Origin: an uncultured Actinomycetota bacterium
GTDB taxonomy: Bacteria; Actinomycetota; Actinomycetes; JACCUZ01
Direction: 5' to 3'
Length of the DNA stretch: 64,000 nucleotides
Assembly (NCBI GenBank): GCA_963726615.1
Contig: CAVSCX010000003.1
Location: forward strand, 292,238 to 356,237
The notes under the pieces are model-generated. The model was not told the origin of the DNA and ran no database searches. It saw nothing but the letters and a program-made list of their open reading frames with translations. Below are positions 45,992 through 56,286 of this stretch, one piece after another (positions within the stretch are counted from its first letter, which is position 1; each line of letters opens with the position of its first letter). The translations under genes and the position numbers were made by a program.

Positions 45992-46669
45992 TCACGACGC
46001 GCCGGACTCCAGGGCTCCCTCGAGGCCGTCGAGCAGGAGGTCGAGACCGAACGCGAACTCCTTGCCGTAGTCGTAGCCCGGCTTCAGGACGTGCTCGAAG
46101 GTGAGCTCGGCGAGGTGCGGGTACTCGTCGACCGGGAACCGCGCGAGGATTGCCTGCGCGAGCTCGGCGATCTGCTCCGGGGACTCGAACGGCAGGGCCC
46201 GATCGGACATCGCGAAGCCGTAGATGTAGCTGTCGAGGGCGGCGTACGCGTGCGCGACGAGCGCGATGGGGAAGCCGGCGCGCCGGAGGCAGGCGATGAC
46301 GTCGTCGTGGTGCCGGAGGTTGGCGGGCCCGGGTGCGCTGCGGGACTCCATCAGCCCGTTGGCCCACCGGTGGCGGCCGAGGACCTCGCGGACGGACACG
46401 CCGCGGGCTCGCATCGCGGTCTTCCAGTCGACGTCGGACGGGATCTCGATCTCGGCGAAGACGAGGTCGATCATGCCGTCGAGGAGGTCGTCGCGGTTCG
46501 CGACGTGGTGGTACAACGACATCGCCTCCACCCCGAGCGCGTTGCCCAGCTTGCGCATGCTGAGCCACTCGAGACCGTGCTCGTCGGCAAGCGCCAGCCC
46601 CGTACGCAGCACGCGCTCCCTGGACAGCGGGGTCCGCGGTTCGGGTCGGACGTCGGACGACGCGGACAT
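45992..46669 (-). CDS. TetR/AcrR-family transcriptional regulator
   Basis: Start at MSASSDV. N-terminal HTH ([27 protein letters not shown]). Confidence 0.75.
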   Translation of the reverse strand: MSASSDVRPEPRTPLSRERVLRTGLALADEHGLEWLSMRKLGNALGVEAMSLYHHVANRDDLLDGMIDLVFAEIEIPSDVDWKTAMRARGVSVREVLGRHRWANGLMESRSAPGPANLRHHDDVIACLRRAGFPIALVAHAYAALDSYIYGFAMSDRALPFESPEQIAELAQAILARFPVDEYPHLAELTFEHVLKPGYDYGKEFAFGLDLLLDGLEGALESGAS

Positions 46670-46754
46670 CGTCGGCTCCTCTCGCGGCATGCCCCCGGGG
46701 TTCCGGTCGGCTGTCGCGCCCATCTTACGTTGTAAGGCACGGGTGCCGCGCCGT

Positions 46755-47006
46755 TCAGCGGCGGTTGAGCAGCCAGACGCGGACGCGGTGCAGCTGCGGC
46801 ATCACGCCGTAGATGACGACGGGGACGGCGATCGTGGCGAGGACGAGGGTCCGGACGACGACCGACAGGTCCTGCAGGTACGGACCCAGTGACACGTTGA
46901 GCACGGTCAGGGTCGGGAAGACGGCGACCCAGATCATCAGGGCCAGCTGGTGCTTGGTCGGCGGGGTCATCCTGGCCGGCGGGACGGCGACGGGCTGGTT
47001 CGACAT
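46755..47006 (-). CDS. Small membrane protein (83 aa, 2 TM)
   Basis: Immediately upstream of the TetR gene, same strand. Confidence 0.45.
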   Translation of the reverse strand: MSNQPVAVPPARMTPPTKHQLALMIWVAVFPTLTVLNVSLGPYLQDLSVVVRTLVLATIAVPVVIYGVMPQLHRVRVWLLNRR

Positions 47007-47087
47007 GGTGATGCTCCTTTATGTGGTGGGGATGAAGGGGTCGGCGGGAGCCGCCGCCACAGGCGTCGGCTGCCCGGATCGTTCGGG

Positions 47088-48020
47088 CTAGCGCGCGAGT
47101 TCGCCGCGGTGGCGGACGGCTCGGTCGACGTCCTCCTCGACGAGGTCGGCGTTGATGGCGATGGCCGCCGTCGAGCCTTCACCGGCAGCGGTGATGACCT
47201 GGGCCCGCGGATTCGCGAGGTTCCCGGCGACCCAGACGCCGGTCACAGTGGTGCGTCCGGTCGGGTCTGTCTCCGGCCAGCCGGCGCTGTCGACGGCGCA
47301 CCCGAGGTCCGTCAGCAGGTCGTTGTGGGGGACGAAGCTCGGGCGGACGAACACTGCCGCCCGGGGAACGGCCCGGCCGTCCTCGAGCTCGAGGCCGCGG
47401 AGCACGTCGTCGACGACGGCGACACGGGCCACGGCGCCGTCGACGACACCGATGCCCCGGGCGGCAAGCTGCTCCCGCTGGTCGGCGGTCGATGGGTCGG
47501 TGTGGGTGAACAAGATGACGTCGGAGGACCACTGCCGCACCAGCTGCGCATGGGCCATCGCCTCCGGCGTCCCACCGAGCACGGCGATCGGCTGGTCACG
47601 CACCTCGTACCCGTGGCAGTACGGGCAGTGCAGGACGTCCCTGCCCCACCGCTCCCGCAGTCCGGGGACGTCCGGGATCTCGTCTCGTAGGCCGGTGGCG
47701 ACCAGCAGGCGGCGGGCCATCAGCTGCGACCCGTCTCGCAGGCGCACCTGGAAGCCGGGCCGGCCCACCACGTCGACCGCGACCACCCGGCCGTCGAGAA
47801 GGCGCCCGCCGTAGCCGGCGACCTCCTCCCGGCCGGCGGACAGCAGGTCCCTGGGAGACATGCCGTCCCTGGAGAGGAAGCCCTGCATGTGGGCGGCCGG
47901 GGCGTTGCGCGGCTCACCCGCATCGACAACCGTGACGGTGCGCCGCGCCCGGGTCAGCACGAGTGCCGCCGACAGCCCGGCGGCGCCGCCGCCGATGATC
48001 ACCACGTCGTTGTCGTCCAT
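47088..48020 (-). CDS. NAD(P)/FAD-dependent oxidoreductase (thioredoxin-reductase-like, CPYC motif)
   Basis: Start at MDDNDVVIIGGGAAGLSAAL (GxGxxG). HCPYCHGYE redox-active site. Confidence 0.75.
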   Translation of the reverse strand: MDDNDVVIIGGGAAGLSAALVLTRARRTVTVVDAGEPRNAPAAHMQGFLSRDGMSPRDLLSAGREEVAGYGGRLLDGRVVAVDVVGRPGFQVRLRDGSQLMARRLLVATGLRDEIPDVPGLRERWGRDVLHCPYCHGYEVRDQPIAVLGGTPEAMAHAQLVRQWSSDVILFTHTDPSTADQREQLAARGIGVVDGAVARVAVVDDVLRGLELEDGRAVPRAAVFVRPSFVPHNDLLTDLGCAVDSAGWPETDPTGRTTVTGVWVAGNLANPRAQVITAAGEGSTAAIAINADLVEEDVDRAVRHRGELAR

Positions 48021-48098
48021 GCCCTCGACGGTGCCCGCGCCACGCCGGATCGACAACTCTTGTTGCCATAACCGGGAACTGCGCCGTTCACTGGTGCC

Positions 48099-48698
48099 AT
48101 GGACTCCGCTACCGCCATGGCCGCCGCGCTCGAGCAGGTCGGGCCGCGCATCAAGCGGATCCGCTCCCAGCGGGGCATCACGCTGACCGCACTCGCCGCG
48201 ACGACCGGCATCTCCATCAGCACCTTGTCACGCCTCGAGACCGGGCAGCGGCGCCCGAGCCTGGAGCTGCTGCTGCCGCTGGCCCAGGCCTACCGCGTGC
48301 CCCTCGACGACCTCGTCGGGGCGCCGGAGGTCGGCGACCCGCGGGTCCGGCCCAAGCCGCGGCGCGTCAACGGCCGTACCGTCCTGCCGCTGACCGGCCA
48401 GCCCGGAGGCATGCAGGCCTGGAAGATCCTCGTCCCCGCGTCCCAGACCGAGCCGCAGCTGAAGGCGCACGAGGGGTACGAGTGGCTCTACGTTCTCGCC
48501 GGTCGGATGCGCCTCGTCCTCGGTGACCACGACCTCGCGCTCGGCGCCGGCGAGGTGGCCGAGTTCGACACCCGGGTGCCGCACTGGTTCGGAAGCACGG
48601 GTAAGGGCCCCGCGGAGATCTTGAGCCTCTTCGGGCCGCAGGGCGAGCGGTTGCACGTCCGGGCGAAGTCCAGACGGGACGACACCGGTCAACCATGA
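48099..48698 (+). CDS. XRE-family HTH regulator with C-terminal cupin domain
   Basis: HTH IKRIRSQRGITLTALAATTGISISTLSRLETGQRRPSL. Cupin GYEWLYVLAGRMRL. Divergent from the oxidoreductase. Confidence 0.75.
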   Translation: MDSATAMAAALEQVGPRIKRIRSQRGITLTALAATTGISISTLSRLETGQRRPSLELLLPLAQAYRVPLDDLVGAPEVGDPRVRPKPRRVNGRTVLPLTGQPGGMQAWKILVPASQTEPQLKAHEGYEWLYVLAGRMRLVLGDHDLALGAGEVAEFDTRVPHWFGSTGKGPAEILSLFGPQGERLHVRAKSRRDDTGQP

Positions 48699-48903
48699 GC
48701 ACGACCGGCAGCACGGCGGCGTGCACGCTTCTGTGCACCGGACGCGACGCGTTCACGGACCATGTCGGCTCCGTCGCTACGGGGCCGGTAGCCCGGACCC
48801 GGTACGCGATGCACCCGCGTCGTGGGTGGCGCTGCCCGGGTCGACAGGCCGCATCCGTGGCCGCGCAGAGCGCGGTAACGGCGACTCGCCGGCCAGGGCA
48901 GCG

Positions 48904-50250
48904 TCATCGCACACCGCGCACCGGCAGGATGCACGCCGCCGCGACCAGAGCACACAGGCCGGCCACGGCGTACAAGGCCGGGTAGCTGCCGAGCGCGAGT
49001 ATGCCCGGTGCCAGGGCCGGAGCGAGCGAGTACGGCAGGGCTCCGGCGATGTTGAACACGCCGAGGTCCTTCGCTGCGGTGGCGGGGTCGGGCAGCACGT
49101 CGACGACCAGCGCGAGGTCGATGGCGACGTACAGGCCGAGCCCGACGCCGCTGATGGCCAGCGCGAGGTAGAACCCGGCAAGCTGCGAGCTTGATGCGAG
49201 CACGAGCATGGCGACGCCGAACACGGCTGCGGCCACCATCACGAACACCTTGCGACGGCCGGTGCGGTCGGACAGCGGACCCCCGACCAGCGAGGCGGTG
49301 ATGACCAGGGCGGACTGCAGCGCGGTGGCGAGGAACACCTGGTCGGGCACGTCGTGGTCCGGGCTGCCGAGATGGTCGAGGAGGTAGAACGCCTCGTAGG
49401 TGGTGAGGCAGGCATAGGCGAACACGAACAGGAACCGGCTGGCGAACGCCCACAGGAAGTCGCCGCTGGCATGCGGCCGCACCCAGAAGGTGCGCGCCAG
49501 CTCTCCCCACGACCAGGGCGCCCGACCGGCCGGGTCGAGTCGCCGGTCGTCGAGGCGCCACATGAACCACCCGATGGCGACTCCGCCGACGAGGCACGGC
49601 GCGAGGAACATGGCCAGCGCGTGCGGGCTGAACACCTTCACGAGCAGGGTCCCGAGCACCGAAGCGACCGGAAGGCACACGCCGAGCACCCCCGACACCA
49701 TCCCTCGCTGCCGGGAGGGGACCTGGTCGGGCAGCACCGCCAGCAGGGCCGCGAGCACCGCGTTCAGGAACAGCTGCGCCAGGCACCAGCCGAGCACGAC
49801 GACCGCGACGTTGGGGGCCAGGGCGACGATGACCGTACCGACGGTGCCGCCGGCCAGGCCGACGAGCACCCACGGCCGGCGCATCCCCAGCCGTGAGGTG
49901 GTCCGGTCCGAGAGCCGGCCGAACACCGGGTTCCCGACCACCGCGACCAGCGACCCCAGGCCGGCGACAACGGCGAGGCGGTTCGGCGCCTTGTCGCCGA
50001 CCAGCGCGTCGAGCTTGAGCGCCAGGGTCACGACCAGCGGCGCGACGAGCATGACGATGACCCCGGTGTAGGCGGCCGCGAACTCCACGACGAACCGCCA
50101 CCCGACCGCGACCACGTCCGGCCGGCCGTCGCCACCGCCGACCGACAGCGGCGCGAACGGCGGTCCCGGCAGCGCGGACGTGGGTGACGTGTCGGACATC
50201 GCGGCCCCCGCGGGAGACTGGGCGATGACAGACGCCTCGCTCGTGATCAT
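48904..50250 (-). CDS. MFS transporter
   Basis: Start ATG with GGAG 8 nt upstream. 12 TM. GRLSDRTTSRLGMRRP loop 2-3 motif. C-terminal portion of the giant track ORF 48904..52590. Confidence 0.75.
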   Translation of the reverse strand: MITSEASVIAQSPAGAAMSDTSPTSALPGPPFAPLSVGGGDGRPDVVAVGWRFVVEFAAAYTGVIVMLVAPLVVTLALKLDALVGDKAPNRLAVVAGLGSLVAVVGNPVFGRLSDRTTSRLGMRRPWVLVGLAGGTVGTVIVALAPNVAVVVLGWCLAQLFLNAVLAALLAVLPDQVPSRQRGMVSGVLGVCLPVASVLGTLLVKVFSPHALAMFLAPCLVGGVAIGWFMWRLDDRRLDPAGRAPWSWGELARTFWVRPHASGDFLWAFASRFLFVFAYACLTTYEAFYLLDHLGSPDHDVPDQVFLATALQSALVITASLVGGPLSDRTGRRKVFVMVAAAVFGVAMLVLASSSQLAGFYLALAISGVGLGLYVAIDLALVVDVLPDPATAAKDLGVFNIAGALPYSLAPALAPGILALGSYPALYAVAGLCALVAAACILPVRGVR

Positions 50251-50322
50251 GAGACTGCTCCTGCAACCTGACTGCCGCAAGAGCCGTCCCGCGCCTCGGC
50301 GCGCGTTCGTATCTCGCGCCGC

Positions 50323-53191
50323 GTGAGACGGCCTTGCGGTGTCGCGGGTCTGCGCGACGATGGCCGGGTGGGAGGGACGGGGTCGCGCGCGCCGAGGGGT
50401 GCACCGCTCGTCCAGACCAAGCTGCACGTGCCCAGCGGCCGCGCGGCCGCGGTGCCCCGGCCACGGCTGTCCGACCGGCTCGCGCGAGGGCTGACGGGGA
50501 AGCTCACGCTCGTGTCGGCTCCGGCGGGGTTCGGCAAGACGACGGTGCTGGCGCAATGGCTCGCAGAGTCCCGTCAGGCACCTGGTGGTCCGGCGGTCGC
50601 GTGGGTGTCGCTGGACGAGCACGACAGCGAGCCGGGCCGGTTCTGGTCGTACGTCGTTGCTGCTCTGGCCGGCATCAGCGACGCCCTGCACGCCGACTCG
50701 TTGCCGCTGCTGCAGGGCCCGTCCGCAGCGAGCGAGGCGGCGATGGCCTCGCTGCTGAACGCTCTCTGTGAGCTGCCCGTGGACGTCGTGCTGGTCCTGG
50801 ACGACTACCACACCGTGACAGCGCACGAGATCCACGAGGCGGTGGGCTACCTGCTCGACCACCTGCCGTCGCAGGTGCATCTGGTGCTCTCGTCGCGATC
50901 CGACCCGCCGTTGCCGCTGTCCCGGCTGCGGGCCCGCGGCGACCTCGTCGAGGTGCGCTCGGCCGACCTGCGGTTCACCCGGGACGAGGCCGCGCAGTAC
51001 CTGACCGGTTCGATGGGGCTCGACCTGGCGGCAGCCGAGGTCACGCTGCTCGCCGAGCGCACCGAGGGGTGGGCAGCCGCGTTGCAGCTGGCGGGCCTGT
51101 CGCTGCGGGACCGCGACGACACGGCCGCGGCCGTCGCCGGGTTCGCCGGCGACGACCGGTTCATCGTCGACTTCCTCGCCGAGGAGGTCCTGACCCGGCT
51201 GCCGGCCGATGCGCGGGAGTTCCTCCTGCGGACCGCGGTCCTGCGGCGGCTGACCGGGCCGCTGTGCGACGCCGTCACGGGACAGACCGGCGGCGCGGCA
51301 CGGCTCATCGAGCTCGAGCGGGCCAACATGTTCCTGGTCCCGCTCGACGACCGCCGCGAGTGGTACCGGTACCACCACCTGTTCGGTGACGTGTTGCGCG
51401 CGCACCTGTCCGAGCAGCATCCGGACGAGGTCGCGGCGTTGCACCGGCGCGCCAGCGACTGGTGGCACGGCCGGGGTGACGCTGCCGAGGCCGTCGAGCA
51501 CGCGCTCGCCGCCGACGACCCGGAGCGGGCAGCCGAGCTGATGGAGCTCGCCTTCCCGCTGATGGCGCGTGAGCGGCGCGAGGCCGAGCTCGCCCGCTGG
51601 GTCGGCGCCCTCCCGGACGACGTGGTGCGGACCAGGCCGGTGCTGGCCATCGCCTTGGCAGGCGCACTTGCGCAGGTGTCCGACTTCGCGACGGTCGAAC
51701 AACGACTTGACGACGTCGAGCGGCTGTTGGTCGATGCGGACGGCAGGTGGCCAACCGAGCCGCCGGACGGACTGGTCGTCGTCGACACCGACGGCTTCAG
51801 GGCCCTGCCGGCGACGGTGCACATGTACCGGTCGGCGCTGGCGTTGTCCCACGGCGACCCAGCCGGAACGCTCGGGCTCGCCCGGCGCGCGCTGCAGCTG
51901 GCGCCTGAGGGCCACCACCTGCTCCGGGCGGGTGCCCGCGCCCTGGCGGGGCTTGCTGCCTGGGGCATGGGAGATCTGACGGCCGCCCACGCCGCCTACA
52001 CCGACTCGACCATCGACATGCGCCGGGCCGGGCACCTGGCCGACGTCCTGGGGCTGTGCATCACCCTCGGCGAGCTGTGCCTGGCACAGGGGCGCCTGAC
52101 CGACGCCGAACGAACCTTCCGGGACGCCCTCGACCTCACCGCAACCGTTGACGGAGCGCCGCTGCGCGGCACTGCCGACATGCACGTGGGCCTCGCCGGC
52201 GTACTGCTGGAGCGCGGCGACATCGCCGGAGCCGCCGCCGAGCTGGTCACCGCCGACGCCCTCGGTGAGCACAAGGGGCTGCCGCAGAACCCGTACCGCT
52301 CTCGGGTTCTCCACGCATCGCTGGCCGAGACCGCGGGGGACCTCGACGCCGCGCTGAGCCTGCTCGACGAGGCGGAGCGGGTCTACAACGGTGACTACGC
52401 CCCGGACGTGCGGCCGGTGCCCGCGGTGCGAGCCCGGCTGCGGCTGCGCCGCGACGAGCTCGACCTCGCCGAGGCATGGGCCCTTGAGCGACACCTCGCG
52501 CCCGCCGACGAGCTGTCGTACCTGCGTGAGTACGAGCACATCACCCTCGCCCGGCTCCTGCTCGCACGGCACGGGACCGGCGGGGCGCACACGGCAGCCG
52601 GTGGCTCACCGCCGCTGGACGAGGCGACCGGCCTGCTCCAGCGGCTGGCCGCCGCGGCCGAGACCGGCGGCCGCGTGCGACCGCTCATCGAGATCCTCGC
52701 CCTGCTGGCGCAGGCCCACGCGGCGCGTGCCGAGCGCGACACCGCCCTGAGCACCTTGCGGCGGGCGGTCGAGCTCGCTGAGCCCGAAGGACATGTCCAC
52801 GTTTTCACCGGCGAAGGACCCGCGCTGGCCAGCCTGCTGCGGGCTCTCTCACGTGCCGAGCCAGGCTCCGCGTTACCTGCGGCGACTCGCGACAAGCAGC
52901 GAGCCGGAGCCGACCGGAGCGCGCACCGCTCGGCAGACCGCCGCGGAGCACCCGGACCGACCCTGGGGGCACACGCTCGTCGAGCCGCTGTCGGAGCGGG
53001 AGCTGCAGGTTCTGCGGCTGCTGGCCACCGACCTCGACGGCCCGGACATCGCTCGCGAGCTGCACATCTCGCTGAACACGATGCGCACCCACAGCCGCAA
53101 CATCTTCCGCAAGCTGCAGGTCACCAGCCGCCGGGCCGCGGTACGGCGGGCCGTCGAGCTCGACCTGCTGCCCCGCCGACGCCGCACCTGA
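50323..53191 (+). pseudogene. LAL/MalT-type LuxR-family regulator (AAA ATPase + TPR-like + C-terminal LuxR HTH) interrupted by a +1 frameshift near 52.87 kb
   Basis: Walker A LVSAPAGFGKTT. The LuxR HTH ([43 protein letters not shown]) lies in the +2 frame (track ORF 52793..53191). The main frame continues into Pro/Arg-rich nonsense to 53295. Confidence 0.6.
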
Positions 53192-53357
53192 CCCACACCG
53201 GCAAGCGGGCCGCCGCGCGGCGCGCACGTTCACCATGCCGCTCACCAGATGTGGTGACGACGGCTCACCACATCGGTTCCTACCTTCCCGGGTGATGGGG
53301 GACGCGAACCCGCGCCGACCCCCGCCGGAACAGCCCACAACTCCCACGAGGTGTCCC

Positions 53358-53534
53358 ATGTGCCAGCACCAGCCCCAGTGCCCTCCCGCCGACAGCCCGG
53401 CGCGCCAGCTCGCGCGCACCGTCGCGGGCCACCCGGATCAGGGCTGGAGCCTCCTGTGCAACGGGGTCGTCGTGTTCGACGACCTCGGCGAGCTGCTGCC
53501 GCACGGCGCCCCGGGCGTCGCGCAGGCCGCGTGA
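53358..53534 (+). CDS. Small Cys-containing protein resembling the actinobacterial DUF5999 family (58 aa)
   Basis: MCQHQPQCPPADSPARQLARTVAGHPDQGWSLLCNGVVVFDDLGELLPHGAPGVAQAA. Internal start of track ORF 53235..53534. Confidence 0.5.
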   Translation: MCQHQPQCPPADSPARQLARTVAGHPDQGWSLLCNGVVVFDDLGELLPHGAPGVAQAA

Positions 53535-53667
53535 GGGGCGTGACTGCCGTGCGCCAGGTCCAGCAGAGGCGGCTCCCGCGGCCGGCTCGCCCGGCAGATC
53601 TCGACCTCACCACCCCGTCCGGCCGATCCCTGCCCTTCTGACCAGCCGAGAACCGGAAGGACATCCG

Positions 53668-54006
53668 ATGAGAAACGCGAACCCGACGACCCGCCCGCGG
53701 GAGCCGAGGCAGTACGCGATCCGAGTCGACAGCCTCCTCGACCAGAGGTGGGCGACGTGGTTCGACGGGCTCACGCTCACCCACCAGGACGACGGCACCA
53801 CCGTCCTCGACGGAGCCGTGGCCGACCAGGCCGCCCTGCACGGTCTGCTCCAGAAGATCCGCGACCTGGGCCTACCGCTGCTGTCCGTCACGCCCGCAGA
53901 CACCACGACCAGCCCCGCCACCGACGACCCCACCGACCGGCCCGGGGCGGGCGCCTCGACACCCACCACCACGACCACCACCGCGACCACCGGGAGCTCC
54001 TCATGA
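53668..54006 (+). CDS. Hypothetical soluble protein with Thr/Pro-rich tail, translationally coupled to the MMPL gene
   Basis: ATG with GGAAGGA RBS. Stop overlaps MMPL start (ATGA at 54003-54006). Confidence 0.5.
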   Translation: MRNANPTTRPREPRQYAIRVDSLLDQRWATWFDGLTLTHQDDGTTVLDGAVADQAALHGLLQKIRDLGLPLLSVTPADTTTSPATDDPTDRPGAGASTPTTTTTTATTGSSS

Positions 54007-56225
54007 ACCGCTTCATCCGTCGCCTCGGCGACCTCAGCGCCCGCCGCCCCTGGACCATCATCGGAACCTGGGCCGTCGTGGCCGCGCTCGTGGCCGTGCT
54101 CTCCGGCGCACTCGGCGGCGCGTTCGTCGACGACTTCAGCGCACCCGGCAGCGACAGCGCCAACGCCATGGACCTGCTCGACGAGCGGTTCCCCGCCGTG
54201 GCCGGCGGCACCGCCGTCGCCGTGTTCGCCGCCCCCGAAGGTCAGCAGGCAACGGCTTTCCGGCCCGCCGTCGACGCCGCACTGTCCCGGGTCGCGAGGA
54301 TCGACCACGTCGCCGCCGTCGGCGACCCGTTCGCCGCCGGGCACGTCTCCCCCGACGGTCGCGTCGCCTACGCGGACATCGCCCTGGACGTGCCCTCGAC
54401 CCAGTTCGGACGCGACACCGCCGCCACCCTCGTGCACGCCCTCAAGACAGCCCAGGTGAACGGGCTGCGGACCGAGTTCGGCGGCGACGCAGCGTTCCTC
54501 AACGCTGAGGAGGAGAAGTCCGGCTCCGAGGTCTTCGGCATCGTGGCCGCCCTCGTCGTGCTGCTCGTCGCGTTCGGGACCGTCGTGGCCGCACTCGTGC
54601 CCATCGTCCTCGCGCTGGTGGCGGTCGGTGTCGGGCTCGCCGGCATCGTGCTGCTGGCCGGCGGCATCACGGTCTCCACCGCCGCACCGACCATCGGGGC
54701 CATGGTGGGACTGGGCGTCGGCATCGACTACGCGCTGCTGATCGTGTCCCGCTACCGCGAGAACCGTGCCGCCGGGCACGCCAACGGCCCCGCGCTCTCG
54801 GTCGCCATGAGCTCGTCCGGCACCGCCGTGTTCTTCGCCGGTGGCACCGTCGTGCTCGCGATGGGTGCCCTCGTGCTCACCGGCGTCGGCTTCCTCGCCT
54901 CCATCGGCATCAGCACCTCCATCGTCGTCCTGTTCGCGGTCGCCACCGCAGTCACCCTGCTGCCCGCGCTGCTGTCCGTCCTCGGTGACCGCATCGACGC
55001 TGTGCGGGTCGTCGGCCGTCGCCGCGACAGGACCGCCAAGGCGGCGAAGCCGGTGGAGGCGACCGTCTGGTGGCGGCTCGCGCACCGCATCTCCGCCCGG
55101 CCCGTCCCGTACCTCGTCGCCGGTGCTCTGGTCATGCTGACGCTGGCCGTCCCGGCCCTGTCGCTGCAGACCGGCTTCCCCGACGCGAGCGACAACCCGT
55201 CCGGCCACACCGAGCGCAAGGCGTACGAGCTGCTCGCCGACGGCTTCGGTCCCGGCTACAACGCCCCGCTCGTCGTGGTCGCCGACCTGCGCGCCGCCCA
55301 CCTCGACCCGATCGACGTCTCGTCGCTGGCGGCCGACATCGGCGCCGTCCCCGGAGTCGCCCAGGTCGGCGAGCCGCGCACCAACCGGGCCGGCGACACC
55401 GTCGTGCTGCCCACGCTGCCGACCACCGATCCCTCGGACCCGGCGACCGTGCGCACCCTCGAGCGGGTCCGTGCCGTCACCCCGCCCGGGGTCTTCGTGA
55501 CCGGCCCGACCGCGCTGACCCTCGACCTGGACAGGCAGCTGTCCGAGACTCTGCCGCTGTTCATCGGCGCCATCCTCGCGACCTCGATCCTGCTGCTGAT
55601 GATCGTGTTCCGCTCGATCGCCGTGCCGCTCAAGGCCGCCGTGATGAACATGCTGTCCATCGGTGCCGCCTACGGGGTCGTGGTCGCCATCTTCCAGTGG
55701 GGCTGGCTTGCCGGCGCGTTCAACATCCACGACACGTACCGGATCGCCTCGCCCCTGCCGGTCATCTTCTTCGCGGTGCTGTTCGGCCTCTCGATGGACT
55801 ACGAGGTGTTCCTCGTCTCCCGGATCCGCGAGTCCTACGAGGCCACCCGGGACAGCACGGAGGCGGTCGCCCGCGGCCTGGCGTCCACCGGACGGGTCGT
55901 GACGTCCGGCGCGCTGATCATGGTGCTGGTGTTCCTGTCGTTCGTCACGAACCCGTCCCCGTTCGTCAAGATGATCGGCATCGGCCTGGCCACCGCGATA
56001 GCGCTGGACGCCACGGTCGTCCGCATGGTGCTGGTGCCGGCCACGATGGCTCTGATGGGCCGGACCAACTGGTGGCTGCCCGGGTGGCTGGACCGAGTCC
56101 TGCCGCACCTGAGCCTCGAAGGTCCCTCAGCCCAGCCGCCCGCCGCTCCGGTGCCCGTGCCCGCGCAGGGCGACAACCGCGCCCCGGAACCGGACGCCAC
56201 GCCGGTCCCGAGCGCCTCTCGCTGA
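54003..56225 (+). CDS. MMPL-family (RND superfamily) membrane transporter
   Basis: 740 aa from MNRFIRRLGDLSARRPW. Duplicated 6-TM plus periplasmic domain architecture. Confidence 0.8.
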   Translation: MNRFIRRLGDLSARRPWTIIGTWAVVAALVAVLSGALGGAFVDDFSAPGSDSANAMDLLDERFPAVAGGTAVAVFAAPEGQQATAFRPAVDAALSRVARIDHVAAVGDPFAAGHVSPDGRVAYADIALDVPSTQFGRDTAATLVHALKTAQVNGLRTEFGGDAAFLNAEEEKSGSEVFGIVAALVVLLVAFGTVVAALVPIVLALVAVGVGLAGIVLLAGGITVSTAAPTIGAMVGLGVGIDYALLIVSRYRENRAAGHANGPALSVAMSSSGTAVFFAGGTVVLAMGALVLTGVGFLASIGISTSIVVLFAVATAVTLLPALLSVLGDRIDAVRVVGRRRDRTAKAAKPVEATVWWRLAHRISARPVPYLVAGALVMLTLAVPALSLQTGFPDASDNPSGHTERKAYELLADGFGPGYNAPLVVVADLRAAHLDPIDVSSLAADIGAVPGVAQVGEPRTNRAGDTVVLPTLPTTDPSDPATVRTLERVRAVTPPGVFVTGPTALTLDLDRQLSETLPLFIGAILATSILLLMIVFRSIAVPLKAAVMNMLSIGAAYGVVVAIFQWGWLAGAFNIHDTYRIASPLPVIFFAVLFGLSMDYEVFLVSRIRESYEATRDSTEAVARGLASTGRVVTSGALIMVLVFLSFVTNPSPFVKMIGIGLATAIALDATVVRMVLVPATMALMGRTNWWLPGWLDRVLPHLSLEGPSAQPPAAPVPVPAQGDNRAPEPDATPVPSASR

Positions 56226-56286
56226 CCGGATCCCGGCGACCGGCCGTCCCACCACCCGCAGACCGCGCACAGACAGGACCAGACCG

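Noticed and set aside
50250-52590. Upstream 780 aa of the 1228-aa minus-strand ORF 48904..52590
   Set aside because: Only the C-terminal MFS transporter portion (48904..50250) is credible. The remainder is antisense to the LAL regulator.
53242-53841. 199-aa minus-strand ORF over the DUF5999-like gene
   Set aside because: Arg/Gly/Pro-rich and antisense to a small gene with a recognisable conserved pattern.
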